A stretch of DNA of 64,000 bases from an uncultured bacterium (GTDB taxonomy: Bacteria; Bdellovibrionota_C; UBA2361; CALJRW01). The stretch is from contig CALJRW010000050.1 of assembly GCA_937976335.1 (NCBI GenBank), positions 1,335 to 65,334 of the forward strand, written 5' to 3'. Below the pieces are notes generated by a model. The model ran no database searches, was not told the origin of the DNA, and saw nothing but the letters and a program-made list of their open reading frames with translations. Made by a program: the position numbers and the translations under genes. Positions within the stretch are counted from its first letter, which is position 1. Each line of letters starts with the position of its first letter. Below are positions 48,442-58,049 of this stretch, in pieces.

Positions 48442-49458
48442 ATGCCAGTTCCTAATTCTAAAAAATATAAGGAAATTTTAAAAAATTGTAGAGAGAAAAA
48501 ATATGCCCTACCAGCAATAAACGTTAGTAGTATGGTAACTGCTAATGCTGCTTTAGCTGCTTTTGCAGAAACAAAATCTGATGGCATTATACAATTCTCA
48601 TTGGGAGCAGGAAAATTTGCTAGTGGTAGTGCTGTTAATTCTTCTGTTTTAGGTGCTGTTACACTTGCAGAGCACATTCATAGAGTTTCAAAAGATCTTG
48701 GCATTTATGTGGCTTTACATACAGATCATTGTCAAGCACATGATATTCAATTTGTAAAAGATTTATTAGATGAAAGTAAATTAAGATTGGAAAAAGAAGG
48801 TCAAACTCTTTTTAACGGTCATATGTTTGATGGTTCTGCTCTTCCTCTAAAAGAGAATATTGAAATTGCCGTGCCGCTTTTAAAAAGCTGTGGTGAATTA
48901 GGAATCATTCTTGAAGTTGAAGCTGGTGTTGTAGGTGGTGAAGAAGAAGGTGCTGCAACAACTGATGATGTAAGTAAGTTGTATACATCTCCTGAAGATA
49001 TGCTTTATGTAGCAGAACAACTTTTTCCACTTGAGGCAGATTTTATGTTTGCAGCAACATTTGGTAATGTTCATGGAATTTATAAACCTGGAAATGTTAA
49101 ACTTGATCCTAGTATATTAAAAGTAGGACAAGAGGCTGTTAGAGAAAAATTTAGCGGAAATGATTTCAATTTAGTCTTTCATGGTGGTTCAGGTACGCCT
49201 GTAGAACAAATTAGAGAAACTTTAGATTATGGAATAGTAAAGATGAATGTTGATACTGCAACACAGTTTGCTTTTAGTCATCCTATTGCAAAACATATGA
49301 ATGAGAATTTTGATAAAGTTATTGATGCTTCTGGTGATGGTAGTAAAAAATTATACGATCCTAGATCGTATATGAAAAAAGCAGAAGCAAATATGAAAGA
49401 TAGAGTTATTCAGGCATTGGAAGATCTACAATGTCTTGGAAAAACAATTTTTAATTAA
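48442..49458 (+). CDS. fba: Fructose-bisphosphate aldolase, class II
   Basis: N-terminal ALPAINVSSM and His-rich metal sites (HTDHC, HGGSG). Confidence 0.85.
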   Translation: MPVPNSKKYKEILKNCREKKYALPAINVSSMVTANAALAAFAETKSDGIIQFSLGAGKFASGSAVNSSVLGAVTLAEHIHRVSKDLGIYVALHTDHCQAHDIQFVKDLLDESKLRLEKEGQTLFNGHMFDGSALPLKENIEIAVPLLKSCGELGIILEVEAGVVGGEEEGAATTDDVSKLYTSPEDMLYVAEQLFPLEADFMFAATFGNVHGIYKPGNVKLDPSILKVGQEAVREKFSGNDFNLVFHGGSGTPVEQIRETLDYGIVKMNVDTATQFAFSHPIAKHMNENFDKVIDASGDGSKKLYDPRSYMKKAEANMKDRVIQALEDLQCLGKTIFN

Positions 49459-49483
49459 TTTAATAATATAAAAGGAGAAAAAA

Positions 49484-49702
49484 ATGAGCGATAGAATAGA
49501 TGAAGGAGCAATAAAGATTATAGAACTAGTTGGTATTTCTAAAACTAGTTTTGAAGATGCAGTTCAACAAGCAGTAGCTAAAGCTTGTAAAAGTGTTGAT
49601 CATGTAACTGGAGTTGAAGTTAAGCATTACTCGGGAAAAGTAAGTTCAGGAAAAGTTTCTGAATTTCACGCAAACGTAAAAGTTGCATTTACTGTAAAAT
49701 AA
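49484..49702 (+). CDS. Dodecin family flavin-binding protein
   Basis: 72 aa, IELVGISKTSFEDAVQQAV...ANVKVAFTV. Confidence 0.7.
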   Translation: MSDRIDEGAIKIIELVGISKTSFEDAVQQAVAKACKSVDHVTGVEVKHYSGKVSSGKVSEFHANVKVAFTVK

Positions 49703-49807
49703 CTTTTACAGAAACCTCCTGAAATTACATAAGCCTTAGAAACTTTATGTTTTAAGAAAAAGATTTTTTTAACTATATAGTTTCTAGGCACTCTGTAGTT
49801 TTAGGAG

Positions 49808-50491
49808 GTGTACAACACTCTTGCCTCAAAAATGATCTATGTAACCGTAAAATGTGCAATTACACTTGATGGTTATTTAGATGATAGTTCGGATAATCCC
49901 CTACAAATTTCAAGTCAAAGTGACTTTGAGCATCTCGATCTTCTCCGCTCTCAATCTGATGCAATTTTAATTGGTGCAGAAACTTTTAGAAGAGATAACC
50001 CTAATTTACTAATTAAAAGTTCTAAACTACTAGATCAAAGAATTAAGTCTGGATTTTCAAAATATCCAATTAAAATAGTACTAACTAACTCAGGAAATCT
50101 CAATTTTAAAAATAATTTCTTTACTAATGGGGATGTGAAAAAATTAATAATTTGTAATGAGATTATTAAAAATGAGATTCTTTCTCAAATAGATAAAAAT
50201 ACAGATGTATTAAGCTATAAAGAAAATTTTTTTGAACTTATGAATAGTATAGAAGAATATGGAATAAAAAAATTACTAATTCAGGGAGGAGCTAAGGTAA
50301 TCAATTTATTTTTAGAACATGGCATGATTGATGAACTATGGTTGACTATCTCAAATGACATTTTAGGACAGACTGGCAAATCGCGTTTATTTGAATTTTT
50401 AGATAAAAATAAAAGAAATATGAATCTAAAATCATCTAAACAAATTGATAATCAAATAATCTTAAATTATGTTTTTTCTGATGCAAAGTAG
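49808..50491 (+). CDS. RibD C-terminal-domain reductase (DHFR-like fold)
   Basis: YVTVKCAITLDGYLDD N-terminal motif of the RibD_C family. Confidence 0.65.
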   Translation: MYNTLASKMIYVTVKCAITLDGYLDDSSDNPLQISSQSDFEHLDLLRSQSDAILIGAETFRRDNPNLLIKSSKLLDQRIKSGFSKYPIKIVLTNSGNLNFKNNFFTNGDVKKLIICNEIIKNEILSQIDKNTDVLSYKENFFELMNSIEEYGIKKLLIQGGAKVINLFLEHGMIDELWLTISNDILGQTGKSRLFEFLDKNKRNMNLKSSKQIDNQIILNYVFSDAK

Positions 50492-50933
50492 TTACAAAAA
50501 AGAATATATGGATTTAGCTTTTGATCTTTCTAGAAAATCGCCAAAAGTAAAAGAAGCTTTTTCAGTGGGCGCAGTCATTGTGAATGCTAGCAATCAAATA
50601 GTAGCAACTGCTTATAGCAGGGAGACTGGTGAATACGATCACGCAGAAGAAATAGCCTTATTAAAGGCAAAAAGGGCTAAGGTAAATCTTAATAATTGCA
50701 TTCTTTACTGCACTTTAGAGCCTTGTGCGGTTAGAAAGTCTAAAGATAAGTCGTGTTCTGAACATATAATAGAATCTGGTATTTCTACTATTTTTGTAGG
50801 AGCTAGAGAACCTAATTTATTTGTTAAGCAGTACGGAATAGAAAAACTAAGAGAATCAGTAGTTTCTGTAGTGATAGTAGAGGGATATCAAGCTTTATTT
50901 GAAGAAGTTAATGCAGAATTACTCAAGATCTGA
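50469..50933 (+). CDS. CMP/dCMP-type zinc deaminase (RibD deaminase-like)
   Basis: HAEEIAL...TLEPCAVRKSKDKSC zinc motif (H-x-E...PC-x-n-C). Overlaps and follows the reductase, so this looks like a split ribD. Confidence 0.65.
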   Translation: MFFLMQSSYKKEYMDLAFDLSRKSPKVKEAFSVGAVIVNASNQIVATAYSRETGEYDHAEEIALLKAKRAKVNLNNCILYCTLEPCAVRKSKDKSCSEHIIESGISTIFVGAREPNLFVKQYGIEKLRESVVSVVIVEGYQALFEEVNAELLKI

Positions 50934-51137
50934 GTTTTATTGTTATAATTATGGTAAATTTTACTATAAATTAAGTGCTTATTTAAAAATTCAATTGGTG
51001 TTATAAAGGTTTCAATAAAATATGTCGTATATATAGTTATAGCAAAAAGTAATTTCCGAATAATTCTTTCTTGCAAACCTTTCCCACTTCGCTAAAGCTA
51101 TGTGGGACTAATCGGTTTCCTTGTAAGGTATTTATTT

Positions 51138-51208
51138 TGGCATAACTATTTGTTGTCCCTCCCTCCTTCGCCATGGCTTCGGAGGACAAGCCGGGGATAT
51201 AGAAAGTC
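51138..51208. repeat. GC-rich structured intergenic repeat, copy B
   Basis: Matches copy A at about 55 of 57 positions. Confidence 0.8.
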
Positions 51209-51251
51209 AAAAAAGCTCTTTTTCGGAAATTACTTTTTCGACTTTCTATAG
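51197..51251. promoter_or_regulatory. Roughly 18-bp-stem hairpin 28 nt upstream of the pilin start codon, built from the end of repeat B and the 46-nt repeat
   Basis: ATATAGAAAGTCAAAAAAG ...17-nt loop... CTTTTTCGACTTTCTATAG (17 of 19 complementary). Confidence 0.5.
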
Positions 51252-51279
51252 ATGTTGGGAATATTTAGGAAATTAAAAG

Positions 51280-51759
51280 ATGAAACAAAGAGGATTTACT
51301 TTAATTGAGCTATTATGTGTTGTCGTGATTATTGGAATTTTAGCTCAAATATCTATTTTTTCTATCCAAGAGTATAGGTTAAGAGCTTATAATACTTCAG
51401 CAGAAGTAGTTAATAGAGATTTAATTGTAGCTGGAAATGCGCTTCTTGGTGATATGGGAGATCAAGGTTTAGGTATAACGTATTCTGCTGTTAACAATGT
51501 TTTAAATGGATCTACTACAACAGGAGGAAGCTATACTGGAAATTCTACTATCGCTAGTATAGTTCCAGGAATACAAGGAGATGAAAATCTTTACTGGTCT
51601 TTATTTCTTAGAAATGCAGATACTCATTTAATTCAAATTTATACTCATGACTGCCGTGCAGATATTGAGAATAATTATTTCTCATATGTTGAAGATGGCG
51701 AATTAGCTAATAGAACAGTTTCAACTTCTAACGTTGCTTGGGGATGTCCTGCAGCATAA
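51280..51759 (+). CDS. Type IV pilin / pseudopilin-like protein
   Basis: Prepilin leader plus N-methylation site: MKQRGFTLIELLCVVVIIGIL. Confidence 0.8.
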   Translation: MKQRGFTLIELLCVVVIIGILAQISIFSIQEYRLRAYNTSAEVVNRDLIVAGNALLGDMGDQGLGITYSAVNNVLNGSTTTGGSYTGNSTIASIVPGIQGDENLYWSLFLRNADTHLIQIYTHDCRADIENNYFSYVEDGELANRTVSTSNVAWGCPAA

Positions 51760-51760
51760 A

Positions 51761-52597
51761 TTATGATTTTTTAGGCGTAAGTTTAAAGTTAAATTTGTAC
51801 TTTAAACTATATTCATTTTTATCTTTAAAATTTAGAAAGTAGCTATCTTTAATTTCTTCCACTTCGCCAGATTTAATTAATCCAGTTCCAGTACATAAGT
51901 TTTTTTTGCATGCTAAAGTAATTTCAGAGTCTGCAATAAGTCTTCTTCTTTGATTGCTCTCTTTTATAAAAACTCGAGCTTTTCCGGTTAAAACTCCACT
52001 TGAGTTTGTAAGATCTTCTGTTTCAGTTTCAGCTTTATCCTTATCATCTTTTTTTACAAAATTTAGTATGATATCCTCTTTTGATTTAAGATATGAGAGA
52101 ATTTTCTTAGTTGCTATAGTTTTGTTAGCTCGTCCAAGTGAATCTGTTCCTGAATTTATTGATCGTCTTTTATCTTCTAATGTAATGTACATGCTCCACA
52201 AGTTGCCATTATATTCAAACATACTAAGTGTTCCAGATAGGGAAGCAACCGAAATTGGGCTCTGCCACTCTTTTAGAGAATCTCTGATTTCATCTTTAGT
52301 TCTAACTTTTATTTTTTTACCTGTTCGTTTTTCAAGTTTTTCTGCTTCAATTTGTTCTTCAATAAAAATTTGTTCAACAATTTCATCTAAGCTCATAGTT
52401 GTTAGTAAATAACCAACATCTTTTTCTTTTGCTACATATTCAGGTACTACCTTGTAACCCTTAACTTCCATCTTATTTTGCTTAGAAAATAAAGCAGAGA
52501 ACACTCCTAATTGATATAAAACTGATAGAAGAAGAGATGCTATCGCTATTGTCGCCAATAGTGGAGCTTTAGATTTTTCTTTTTTTCTTTTTGCCAT
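51761..52597 (-). CDS. Membrane-anchored hypothetical protein
   Basis: 278 aa. N-terminal TM APLLATIAIASLLLSVLYQLGVF. Confidence 0.4.
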   Translation of the reverse strand: MAKRKKEKSKAPLLATIAIASLLLSVLYQLGVFSALFSKQNKMEVKGYKVVPEYVAKEKDVGYLLTTMSLDEIVEQIFIEEQIEAEKLEKRTGKKIKVRTKDEIRDSLKEWQSPISVASLSGTLSMFEYNGNLWSMYITLEDKRRSINSGTDSLGRANKTIATKKILSYLKSKEDIILNFVKKDDKDKAETETEDLTNSSGVLTGKARVFIKESNQRRRLIADSEITLACKKNLCTGTGLIKSGEVEEIKDSYFLNFKDKNEYSLKYKFNFKLTPKKS

Positions 52598-52690
52598 ATT
52601 TAGGGATGATAATAGTTTTGAACTAAGAAAACTAGTGTAAAAGAAGTCAAGTTATACAAAATTCAGGTTTGTAAGTTATTGATTTTAGGA

Positions 52691-52735
52691 TAACTATTAG
52701 TTCTTACTCCAGGGACATAGAAAGTCCCTAGCTTA
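52691..52735. repeat. Truncated relative of the A/B/C repeat family
   Basis: taactattagttcttactCCAGGGACATAGAAAGTCCCTAgc. Shares the AACTATT..GTT 5' end and the ATAGAAAGTC 3' end. Confidence 0.45.
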
Positions 52736-52761
52736 GGAGCTTTTAAAGAAAACTTAAATTA

Positions 52762-54141
52762 TCAAATTTCATATCTTTCTAGGTACTTAGGCATAAAAGT
52801 ATCCCAATTATTCTCTTTTTTCAAAGTTTTAGCAAAGCTTTCAGCGCTGTCTTTTTCTCCATGTACAACAGCAACTTTTCCAGGATTACCTGAGCATTCT
52901 TTAGTCCATCTTAGTAGTTCACTTTTATCAGCATGAGCACTTAATCCACTAAGTGTTTCAATTTGTGCCTTGATAGGAATCTCATCACCAAATAATCGTA
53001 ATTTTTCGGCACCGCTTTGTATCCAATCTCCTCTACCTCCCTTTGGTTGGTAGCCAACAAAGAGAACAGTATTTCTTTCACTATCAATGCGATGATACAG
53101 ATGATGTAAAATTCTTCCACCCATTAACATACCACTAGCCGAAATTAGTATCATTGGTTCATGAACATTATTTAGTTTTTTTGATGCGGCAACATCTTTA
53201 ATTAATGCTAATTTTGAAGTTGAGAAAGGGTTGTTTCCAGCATGAAGAATATCAAGAGCATTCTTATCATACTCTTGAACATGTTTTTTATAAATTTCGG
53301 TTGCATCTGTAGCCATTGGGCTATCTAAAATTACTGGAATATCAGGAATAAGATTTTTTTCTTTAAGTTCTCTAATGAAGTAAAGGAGAAGTTGAGCTCT
53401 ACCCACTGCAAAGCTTGGTATTACTACAGCTCCTTTTCTTTTGGTAGTTTCGTTAATGATAGTAGCAAGCTTTGTAGAAACATCATAATCTTTATGTTCT
53501 CTATCTCCATATGTTGATTCAATTAAGAGCAAATCTCCAAAATCAACAGGTTTTGGATCGAGCAGAATTGGAATGGAATATCTTCCTATATCTCCAGAAA
53601 AAACAATTTTTTTCCCATCAATTTTAAGTTCAATTGAAGCTGCTCCTAGGATGTGACCCATATGTCTCCATTTCGCTGTTACGCCTGGAGCAATGTCAAT
53701 CTCTGTATCATAAGAAACTGCTGAAAGAAGGTTCAGGCTTTTTTGAGCATCTTTTTGAGTAAAAAGTGGCAGTGGTGGAATGTGTCTAGATTTTTTCTTT
53801 CTTTTTCTATACTCAGCTTCTTGTTCTTGGAGATAGCCCATATCAGGCAGTAAAATTTTAAGTAAATCTAGTGTTGCTTCAGTACAAAAAGCTGGGCAAT
53901 CTAATCCAAGGGTATGATATCTTGGAAAAAGTCCAGAATGATCTATATGAGCATGAGTAAAAAGAACAGCATCAACATTTTCTAATTTAAAGTCAGGGTC
54001 CTTCCAATTTTTTTCACGCCATTCTCTTGGCCCTTGAAATACACCACAATCCACAAGGATAGACTTATTCCCAGATTGAACAAGATATTTTGAGCCAGTA
54101 ACCGTTCCAGCGGCTCCTAAGAATGTTACAGATACAGTCAT
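52762..54141 (-). CDS. MBL-fold / beta-CASP RNA-metabolising hydrolase (RNase J-like)
   Basis: HAHIDHSG metallo-beta-lactamase motif and beta-CASP-like C-terminal region, 459 aa. Confidence 0.75.
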   Translation of the reverse strand: MTVSVTFLGAAGTVTGSKYLVQSGNKSILVDCGVFQGPREWREKNWKDPDFKLENVDAVLFTHAHIDHSGLFPRYHTLGLDCPAFCTEATLDLLKILLPDMGYLQEQEAEYRKRKKKSRHIPPLPLFTQKDAQKSLNLLSAVSYDTEIDIAPGVTAKWRHMGHILGAASIELKIDGKKIVFSGDIGRYSIPILLDPKPVDFGDLLLIESTYGDREHKDYDVSTKLATIINETTKRKGAVVIPSFAVGRAQLLLYFIRELKEKNLIPDIPVILDSPMATDATEIYKKHVQEYDKNALDILHAGNNPFSTSKLALIKDVAASKKLNNVHEPMILISASGMLMGGRILHHLYHRIDSERNTVLFVGYQPKGGRGDWIQSGAEKLRLFGDEIPIKAQIETLSGLSAHADKSELLRWTKECSGNPGKVAVVHGEKDSAESFAKTLKKENNWDTFMPKYLERYEI

Positions 54142-54151
54142 TCCATATAGA

Positions 54152-55168
54152 CTAGGTTGCAGGAGCTACTTGGTCAATAGATTTTTTCTCAGTATGTGAA
54201 TTTACATCTAACCATTGAGCAATTACCTTTTCTACTTCTACTAGTGTATTTGTTTGCATTAAATCTGAACGCAATTCGGAAGCGCCTCTAAAATCACTCA
54301 CATAAATTTTATAAAATTTCTTAAGTATTTTAAAAGGTTTTTTATTAGCCCAAACTTTTTCATGTAAGCGAGAGTGCTTTAAAAGTAAAGATAGTCTTAT
54401 TTTGGGATCTAAATTTACAAAAAAATTTTCATCTGTATTTTTGTTAAAAATAAAAGGGTCTTTAAAAACTCCTCTTCCTATCATTAATCCGTCAACATTA
54501 GAAAAACTAGCTTTAGAATATCCATCTTCTAAGCTTATTATATCACCATTTCCAATAATTAAAGTTTCTGGGCTAATTTCTTTTCTGAGGTTAACTATTT
54601 TTTTTATTTCATCCCATTCTGCAGGAACTTTTGACATTTGCTTAGAGGTTCTTGCATGAAATGTGAGTACCGGTAGTTTTAACTCAAGTAAAAAACTTGC
54701 CCATTTTTCAGTGACTTTTTTCTTAAAACCAATTCTAGTTTTTACAGATACAGGTAATCCTTCAGCTCCTTCTATTGCAGCAACTACTAGTTCTTTAGCA
54801 AGGGCAGGATTATCAATCAATGCAGAACAGCATCCGTTCTTTACAATTTTTTGAACAGGACAACCCATATTAATGTCTATGCCATTAAATCCTTGTTCTT
54901 TTAACATTTTTGCAGCTTTGTAGTAATTACTTGGATTGTTACCCCAGATTTGTGCAACAAGTGGTCTTTCAACTTCTGTATAAAGAAGGCGTTTGCTTAC
55001 TGCGAGCCTTCCTTCTGAGCATAAACCATCAGCACTAGTAAATTCAGTTACAAAAATATCAGGTCTTCCACAGTCTGCAATTATTCTACGAAAAACAGTA
55101 TCAGTAACATCCTCCATAGGTGCTAAAACCGTAAAAGGTTTTTCTAAGTTATGCCAAAATGTGTTCAT
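54152..55168 (-). CDS. tRNA-dihydrouridine synthase
   Basis: LAPMEDVTDTVFR FMN-binding N-terminus and Dus-like TIM barrel. Start moved to the internal Met to remove a 38-nt overlap with thrS; the track gives 55210. Confidence 0.8.
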   Translation of the reverse strand: MNTFWHNLEKPFTVLAPMEDVTDTVFRRIIADCGRPDIFVTEFTSADGLCSEGRLAVSKRLLYTEVERPLVAQIWGNNPSNYYKAAKMLKEQGFNGIDINMGCPVQKIVKNGCCSALIDNPALAKELVVAAIEGAEGLPVSVKTRIGFKKKVTEKWASFLLELKLPVLTFHARTSKQMSKVPAEWDEIKKIVNLRKEISPETLIIGNGDIISLEDGYSKASFSNVDGLMIGRGVFKDPFIFNKNTDENFFVNLDPKIRLSLLLKHSRLHEKVWANKKPFKILKKFYKIYVSDFRGASELRSDLMQTNTLVEVEKVIAQWLDVNSHTEKKSIDQVAPAT

Positions 55169-55172
55169 GAGT

Positions 55173-57101
55173 CTATACTGCTTCTTTAAGGGTAGTTTTT
55201 TCTTCAACATAAGCTTTAAATTCGCTTATTGATTTCAATTCTAAGTTATCTCCACTTCTTAGTCTAATAGTAATTTCCTTATTTTCGCATTCTTTGTCGC
55301 CAAGAATTAGCATAAACGGTATTTTCTGTTTTTGAGCAGTTCTAACTCTGTAGCTTAAAGTATTGCTACTAACATCTTTTTGGACTCTAAATCCAATATT
55401 TTTAAGTTCATTTAATACTTTTTCCGCATACTCATGATGAGTTTCAGCAATAGGAAGAACCATAATTTGAGTTGGCGCGAGCCAAACAGGAAAAATTCCA
55501 GCAGTGTGTTCAATTAAGATAGCAAAGAAGCGCTCCATTGAGCCTAGTAATGCTCTATGAATCATATACGGTCTATGTTCTTTTCCATCATCACCGATAT
55601 ATTTAAGATCGAATCTAACAGGTAAGTTAAAGTCAAACTGAATTGTACTAAGTTGCCATTCACGTTTTAGAGAATCTGTAATGCAAATATCAATTTTTGG
55701 ACCATAGAATGCGCCATCACCAGCATTTAATGAGTAGCTAATACCACTTCTTTTTAATGCAGCTTCTAGAGCTGCCTCAGCAGCTTCCCATTTACTATCA
55801 TCACCTACAGATTTTTCCGGCCTCGTACTTAGGTATAAATGAAAATCACTTAAACCAAAGTCTCTAAGCAGCGATAAACTAAAATCAAGAACTTTATCTA
55901 TTTCTTCAGGCATTTGATCTGGACGACAAAAAAGGTGCGCGTCATCTTGAGTGAATCCCCTTACTCTAGTTAATCCATGAAGGGTGCCGCTTCTTTCAAA
56001 TCTATAGACAGTTCCCCATTCAGCAAATCTAAGAGGTAGATCTTTGTAAGATCTAAGATTACTTCCATAGATGTTGCAGTGAAAAGGACAGTTCATTGGT
56101 TTTAAATAATACTTATGTCCATCCATTTCTAGTGGTGGAAACATGCCATCTTCATAAAACTGTAAATGACCACTTGTTTCCCAAAGTGTTGATTTTCCGA
56201 TATGTGGTGAATAAACAATGTCGTATCCAGAATCAAGATGTTTTTTTCTGCAATGTTCTTCAACTAAGTTTCTAATAAATCCACCCTTTTGATGCCAAAG
56301 AACAAGGCCTCCACCGATAGTATCGGGATTAATACTATATAAATCGAGTTCTTTACCAAGTTTTCTATGATCTCTTTTTTTTGCTTCTTCAAGAATTGCT
56401 AAATGTGATTTTAGATCGTCTTTATTTAAAAAAGCAGTTCCGTAAATTCTTTGAAGCATTTTTTTATTTTCATCCCCTCTCCAATAAGCCCCAGCAACGG
56501 ATAAAAGCTTGAAGTTTCTTACAAGTTTAGTTGAAGGAATATGAGGGCCACGACAAAGATCTATAAAGTCTCCATCTTTATAGAATGTAATACTTTCACC
56601 TTTAGATTTTATTTCTTCTAAAAGTTCTAATTTGTATGGCTCATTTTGTTCAGCAAGCATTTTTTTAGCTTCTTCATAGTTGACATCAATTCTTTCAAAA
56701 GAGTGATTTTCTTTAATAATTTTTTTCATCTCCTTTGTGATATTTTTGAGATCTTCAGGAGTGAAAGGTTCCTTAACGTCAAAGTCATAGTAAAAACCAT
56801 CTTCGATTGCCGGACCTATTGCTAATTTTGCTTCAGGATAAAGTCTTTTAACAGCTTGAGCTAAAATATGAGAAAAACTGTGTCTATAAAAATACTTTGC
56901 ATTTTCTGAATCAGAACTCAGTTCTATAATTTTAATTTCACCTGTTTCTGTTATCGGTGAATTTAAGTCTAATTGAGCGCCATTTAGGGTAATACCTATT
57001 GTATTGTCAGTACTAGCTCCATTTAAAAGTTCACAAACCTTTGTGCCTTTTTGTATAATTTTGTTCTCTCCATTTGGTAATTTTATGTCTATAGTGCTCA
57101 T
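55173..57101 (-). CDS. thrS: Threonine--tRNA ligase
   Basis: TGS N-terminus and class II core motifs (FRFERSG..., HRAL). 642 aa. Confidence 0.9.
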   Translation of the reverse strand: MSTIDIKLPNGENKIIQKGTKVCELLNGASTDNTIGITLNGAQLDLNSPITETGEIKIIELSSDSENAKYFYRHSFSHILAQAVKRLYPEAKLAIGPAIEDGFYYDFDVKEPFTPEDLKNITKEMKKIIKENHSFERIDVNYEEAKKMLAEQNEPYKLELLEEIKSKGESITFYKDGDFIDLCRGPHIPSTKLVRNFKLLSVAGAYWRGDENKKMLQRIYGTAFLNKDDLKSHLAILEEAKKRDHRKLGKELDLYSINPDTIGGGLVLWHQKGGFIRNLVEEHCRKKHLDSGYDIVYSPHIGKSTLWETSGHLQFYEDGMFPPLEMDGHKYYLKPMNCPFHCNIYGSNLRSYKDLPLRFAEWGTVYRFERSGTLHGLTRVRGFTQDDAHLFCRPDQMPEEIDKVLDFSLSLLRDFGLSDFHLYLSTRPEKSVGDDSKWEAAEAALEAALKRSGISYSLNAGDGAFYGPKIDICITDSLKREWQLSTIQFDFNLPVRFDLKYIGDDGKEHRPYMIHRALLGSMERFFAILIEHTAGIFPVWLAPTQIMVLPIAETHHEYAEKVLNELKNIGFRVQKDVSSNTLSYRVRTAQKQKIPFMLILGDKECENKEITIRLRSGDNLELKSISEFKAYVEEKTTLKEAV

Positions 57102-57209
57102 AGATACTTATTATAGTCTTTTCTATAATTATTTCAATATCATAAAAGAAAATTTGCTGTATATGGGATTGTAGAATAGATTTAGTGATAGAAACTTTTT
57201 GGTATAATT

Positions 57210-58049
57210 ATGAAACAAATTTTTAAAATATTTTTCCTGGCTTGTTTTCTTTTTCAGTCTTGTGGAGGAAGTGGCAGTGATGGCGATAGCGCATCTGATA
57301 GAACTGCTGAAGCCTGTGGTATATTAGGCTTACCTACAAAGGTAATTAATGGTCAAGCTTGTGGAAATCCAGCAATATCTCCAATAGTTAGAGTAGGTGT
57401 AGTGATAGATCATACATTAGGAGCTTTAGCTATTCCCGTTTGTACTGGATCTTTAATCACTGGAGATGATGTTTTAACAGCTGCGCATTGTTTTTTTCAA
57501 TCTGAGGTTGATGGCTTTCCTATAATTGGGTATGGAATTTTATTAGGTGCGCCTGGAAATGTCGATTTTATTGAAGCCCAAGATATTGAAATTGATCCTG
57601 GCTTACATCAAGGCAATGAAAGACTTTTTAATGATACTGCAATTATGAGGCTTGCGAGAAATCCTGGAGCGTCGCCCCTTCCAGTTTTGTTAAGTTCCGA
57701 GCCAACAGTTGATCAAGCTGGTTTTGTATATGGATATGGAATTACAGAAACCGGAGTTGATTCTCAAGCTGACTTTGTAGATCTTGAAGCAGGAGCAATG
57801 ACTATTAGAAATGTAACGCCAAATCATATATTCGTTGCGTTTAACGGTGATGGAGTTAATGTTTGTTTTGGAGATTCAGGAGGTCCAATCGTAGTAGATA
57901 ATGGAAATGGTCCTGGAATAGTTGGTGTTGTTTCTCAAGGTACTGACTTAGGTTGTAGGTCAGGAGACGTTACAACTTTTACTAACGTACAACAAACTGG
58001 AACAATGACTTGGTTAACTTCAGAAGTTTCTGATTTAGCTGTTAGATGA
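57210..58049 (+). CDS. Secreted trypsin-like (S1) serine protease
   Basis: Signal peptide with Cys (likely lipoprotein). LTAAHC His motif. GDSGGP Ser motif. Confidence 0.85.
   Translation: MKQIFKIFFLACFLFQSCGGSGSDGDSASDRTAEACGILGLPTKVINGQACGNPAISPIVRVGVVIDHTLGALAIPVCTGSLITGDDVLTAAHCFFQSEVDGFPIIGYGILLGAPGNVDFIEAQDIEIDPGLHQGNERLFNDTAIMRLARNPGASPLPVLLSSEPTVDQAGFVYGYGITETGVDSQADFVDLEAGAMTIRNVTPNHIFVAFNGDGVNVCFGDSGGPIVVDNGNGPGIVGVVSQGTDLGCRSGDVTTFTNVQQTGTMTWLTSEVSDLAVR

Noticed and set aside
55173-55210. 38-nt overlap between thrS 3' end and the annotated start of the dihydrouridine synthase
   Set aside because: An internal Met 14 codons downstream (MNTFWHNL...) gives a start 4 nt after the thrS stop and keeps the conserved N-terminus. 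The overlap is most likely an artefact of longest-ORF calling.
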